DNA from: the human T2T-CHM13v2.0 reference genome, Homo sapiens
Direction: 5' to 3' (one strand)
DNA length: 64,000 nucleotides
NCBI RefSeq assembly: GCF_009914755.1
Contig: NC_060947.1
Positions 60,690 through 64,000 of this stretch are shown here, piece after piece (the first letter of the stretch is position 1; each line of letters opens with the position of its first letter). The position numbers and the translations under genes are program-made. The notes below the pieces were generated by a model. That model worked only from the letters and a program-made list of their open reading frames with translations. It had not been told where the DNA came from and searched no databases.

Positions 60690-62520
60690 GATTCTCAAAT
60701 TTATGAAATGGCAAAGGATCTGAAACAGCCAATATAATTCTTAAAATAAGACCAAATTTGGAGACAGGTATCTGGTTTCAAAACTTACTAGAAAACTATG
60801 GTCATTAAGACAGCATGGTGTTAGCATTAAGACAGATAAATAGAGCAATGGAATACAATAGAGTCTATTTCTAGACTCACATATAATCACTTAATTTTCC
60901 ACAGAAGTGACAAGGTAATTCAGTGTGGAAAGCAGGGACTTTTCAAGGTGCTGGAAAAACCAGATATCCATATACAGAAATATTAACCTCAATTCCTACC
61001 TTATATCACAAAGAATAGTTGATTCAAGATGAACAATCAACTTAAACATAAAAGCTAAGACTAACATGTTTCTAAAGAAAAACATAGAATATTTTTACAG
61101 CTTAAGCAAAGATTTGTTTTAAGCAAATTACACAAAAGCACTAAACATAAACAAAAAAGATAAATGATACTTCATCAAAATTAAAACTATCTGCTCATCA
61201 AAAAATACATTACCTAACTGGTAACGCAAATTACAGACTTGGAGATAATACTTGCAATTCACATATAGAACAAAGGACTCAACCAGAATATGTAAAAAAA
61301 TAAAACCCTTCTATAATTAGACTATAAAAAGAAAAACAAACTGATTAAAATGAGCTAAACACTTGAATAGATACTTCACAGAAGAAAATATATGAGTGCA
61401 AGTTTTTATATTCTACATCTCTCACTTATTCTTGCTGAACCTGCTCTTAGCCCTCCTGAATGCTACCAATCCCTTGATCATTTATTTCTTCCTGAATCCA
61501 TTAATCCCTTGATTCCTTACTCAAACACAAACGCAACCCCCCAAAAAATATGTAAATGGATAATTAGCATGTGAGAAGATCCTCAACATCAAGAGTCATC
61601 AGGAAAAAGCAAATACAGTCACAATTGTATACTACTTCACATATTCGAGAATGACTAAAATTAAAAACATTGACAACACAAAGTATTTGTAAGGATATGG
61701 AGAACCTAGAAACCTTATAATACGGCTCATGAGAGTGAAAAATGCTACAATCACTTTGGAAAACAATTTACCAGTTTCATTTATATACCTTTTGTCCCAT
61801 CAATGGCCACCTCTTAAAATAAGGAAATATGTTCAATCATATAAGAACAGAATTGTAAAGTAAAACTGCACTGAGATCTTATCTGCCATAAAATTATAAC
61901 ACATTTATTCCACAAAACAATGGGAAAATAGTTACTTTCATATAAATCTGGTGGAACGTGTAAAATGATACACCTATAGGGGAGAATTTGGTACTATAAA
62001 TCAAAATTTCAAATGTGTGTGTCTGTTTCTGGGAATTTATCCCACTGATCATGCACATAAGACACATATCAAAAAACGTATGTTCAAAGTTATTTTCTTC
62101 AGGATTGCTTGTAATAGCCAAAGACTGAAAACAAGTCAGTGTCCATCCATGGTGGATGGGTAAAATTAGCCATAATTCACCCACACAATAGAATATAGTC
62201 CTGATATTAAGAAATGATAAGGAAGATCCCTATGGACTGCAATGACTCCAAGGACATCGTGAGTGAAAAATAAAAACTACAGAGCAATTTATACATTATG
62301 TTATCTTTTGTGTAAAATGGGAGTAAGTTTACTTGTATTGGCATTTAAAAAATATTGAAATGACATAAACACACACAAAAAAACTACTTTTAATGTCTCA
62401 TGTTGGGTGCGAAGGTGCTAAAACATGACGGATGAGAACAGAAATGGGAAGGAAGAACTCTATGTATTCATTTGTATAAAGTGTTGATTTTTGGACTATG
62501 TGACTCCATTAACTATTCAA
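60690..62520 (+). mobile_element. Ancient L1M/L1ME ORF2 3' and 3' UTR fragments
   Basis: 'caaaacttactagaaaactatggtcattaagacagcatggtg', 'acttcatcaaaattaaaact' and similar; heavily diverged. Confidence 0.72.
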
Positions 62521-63259
62521 ACATTAAATTGAGGAAAAAGAAAAAAAAGGGATTAAAGACCCGAACATTAGCTTTGGCTAGAAAAATTCCATATCTATGA
62601 AAAATAGGAGAAGGAAACTAGATTGATTAAAAGGAATAGTCAATAGTAAAATAATAAAAGTGTATGTACAGATACTTCATTCAACGATGTTTGGCAATTA
62701 ACAGATGAGAAATAGTGAAAAGGTAATTAATAAGGGTGATAAAATGAAGCACAATCTTTGAAACATAGGTAAGTACTTGCTTACATGAAAGCATGTTAGA
62801 AAAAAAGAAATAAGAAAAAATATATAGAATCTGAATGAAGTCAAGAGATAAATGTAGGAGGATGGTCTCTTATGGCTCAAGAGGAGGTGAGGAAAAGTAT
62901 ACAGATTAAAGAGAAGTACAAGCAGGAAGAATGTGAAAATGGATACATACAAAATGACATTATTAGGTCAAGATGATGTAAATTAAAACAAATTTTCTCT
63001 GTACTGAATAAAGAAATATTTGAGATCATCAGCTTGAAGGATGGAAGAAGAAAATGGGATTTAGCGGGTGGGGAAGGATGATTGTTGCGATATGTGAGCC
63101 AAAGAGAAGATGAGACATGGGAAATAGGATTCTTGAACTTTGGTAAGATTTAACTCAAGCACAGAAAGTTGGACTGCACTACACTTCAACAAAAACTCAA
63201 CAGTTTTAGGATGACATTCTAAACAATATTCCAGAAAAGAAGTGGAGAAGTGAAAGTGG

Positions 63260-63440
63260 TTTGCACGTGTTAAGTCCCTTACAACCTGAAAGATGGGTAC
63301 TATTTTATTATCCAAATTCTAAGGTGAGGAAATTGAAACTCAGAGTGAATAAGAAATTTTTCTACAGACACCCTTCTAGAAAGTGGTGGCATCAGAATTC
63401 AAACAAATTCCAAAATCCATGTGCTGCTTATCACCAAGCC
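63260..63440 (-). mobile_element. MIR SINE fragment
   Basis: Core-like 'ttattatccaaattctaaggtgaggaaattgaaactcagag'. Confidence 0.62.
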
Positions 63441-64000
63441 TGGTACATAAAAGACATTCATTGGGTACTTTTTAAATGACTAAAAACCTCTTAGAAATAT
63501 AAATTACAAATTATGGAAGTAAAACACCAGTAGAAATTGGTCAGCCAGGATTAGAAAACAGTCAAAGGTAATGCAAAAATAATTTGATTTGCTAAAGAGG
63601 AAAACATGCAGATATCATTACTACAACTTTCATTAAATATTCAGTGACAATTTAAATTTCTATTAGGACTACAAAATGCTATCATAAAGTTAGTTATATT
63701 TAGAAAATAAGCTGTGAAATCCACACCAAAAATCTTCCCAAAATAAAAATATATATTGCCTTAAGAATTGAAGATTTTTATACCTCTGCTGAACCTATGA
63801 AATAAAAATTATTTGTATATGCAATCGGATAACTCCTAGGTCTAATATATCTACAAGGAATTTTGTTTATATCAATTAGAGAGGATAACAACTGTTTTCA
63901 TGATCCCAATAAAAACAGAAAATATTGGTCATTTACTTAGTTGATACCACACATACCTACATGTACATTGAAAAAATATAATTATAAACAATTTTACACA

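Overview
This window is primate (almost certainly human) AT-rich genomic DNA made almost entirely of nested interspersed repeats. I found no cellular protein-coding gene, RNA gene or CRISPR array. Every long ORF in the track is a retroelement remnant (L1 ORF1/ORF2, HERV-W pol, THE1-int) or a chance frame in an Alu or simple repeat. Main elements: a stack of minus-strand L1s (1-9.6 kb); a near full-length L1MA2/3-like element (12.4-19.8 kb); a 7.2-kb HERV-W (HERV17/LTR17) copy with the R-U5...U3-R-polyA-TSD structure of an L1-made processed pseudogene (20.1-27.4 kb); a full-length L1PB carrying an MSTA LTR and a complete THE1 element (30.7-40.7 kb); and a young 5'-inverted L1PA3-like insertion with no TSD that appears to sit at an L1-mediated deletion (49.4-53.3 kb). 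The most unusual signals are insertion and repair scars. One is an L1PB fragment whose tail is followed by a ~110-bp copy of DNA from 2 kb upstream. Another is a tail-less, TSD-less AluY with templated junction filler. The third is the orphaned half-elements around the L1PA3. I do not see a new biological system. Subfamily names come from recalled consensus sequences and need RepeatMasker/Dfam confirmation. The very high L1 density would fit chrX or another gene-poor band, but the locus cannot be assigned from sequence alone.
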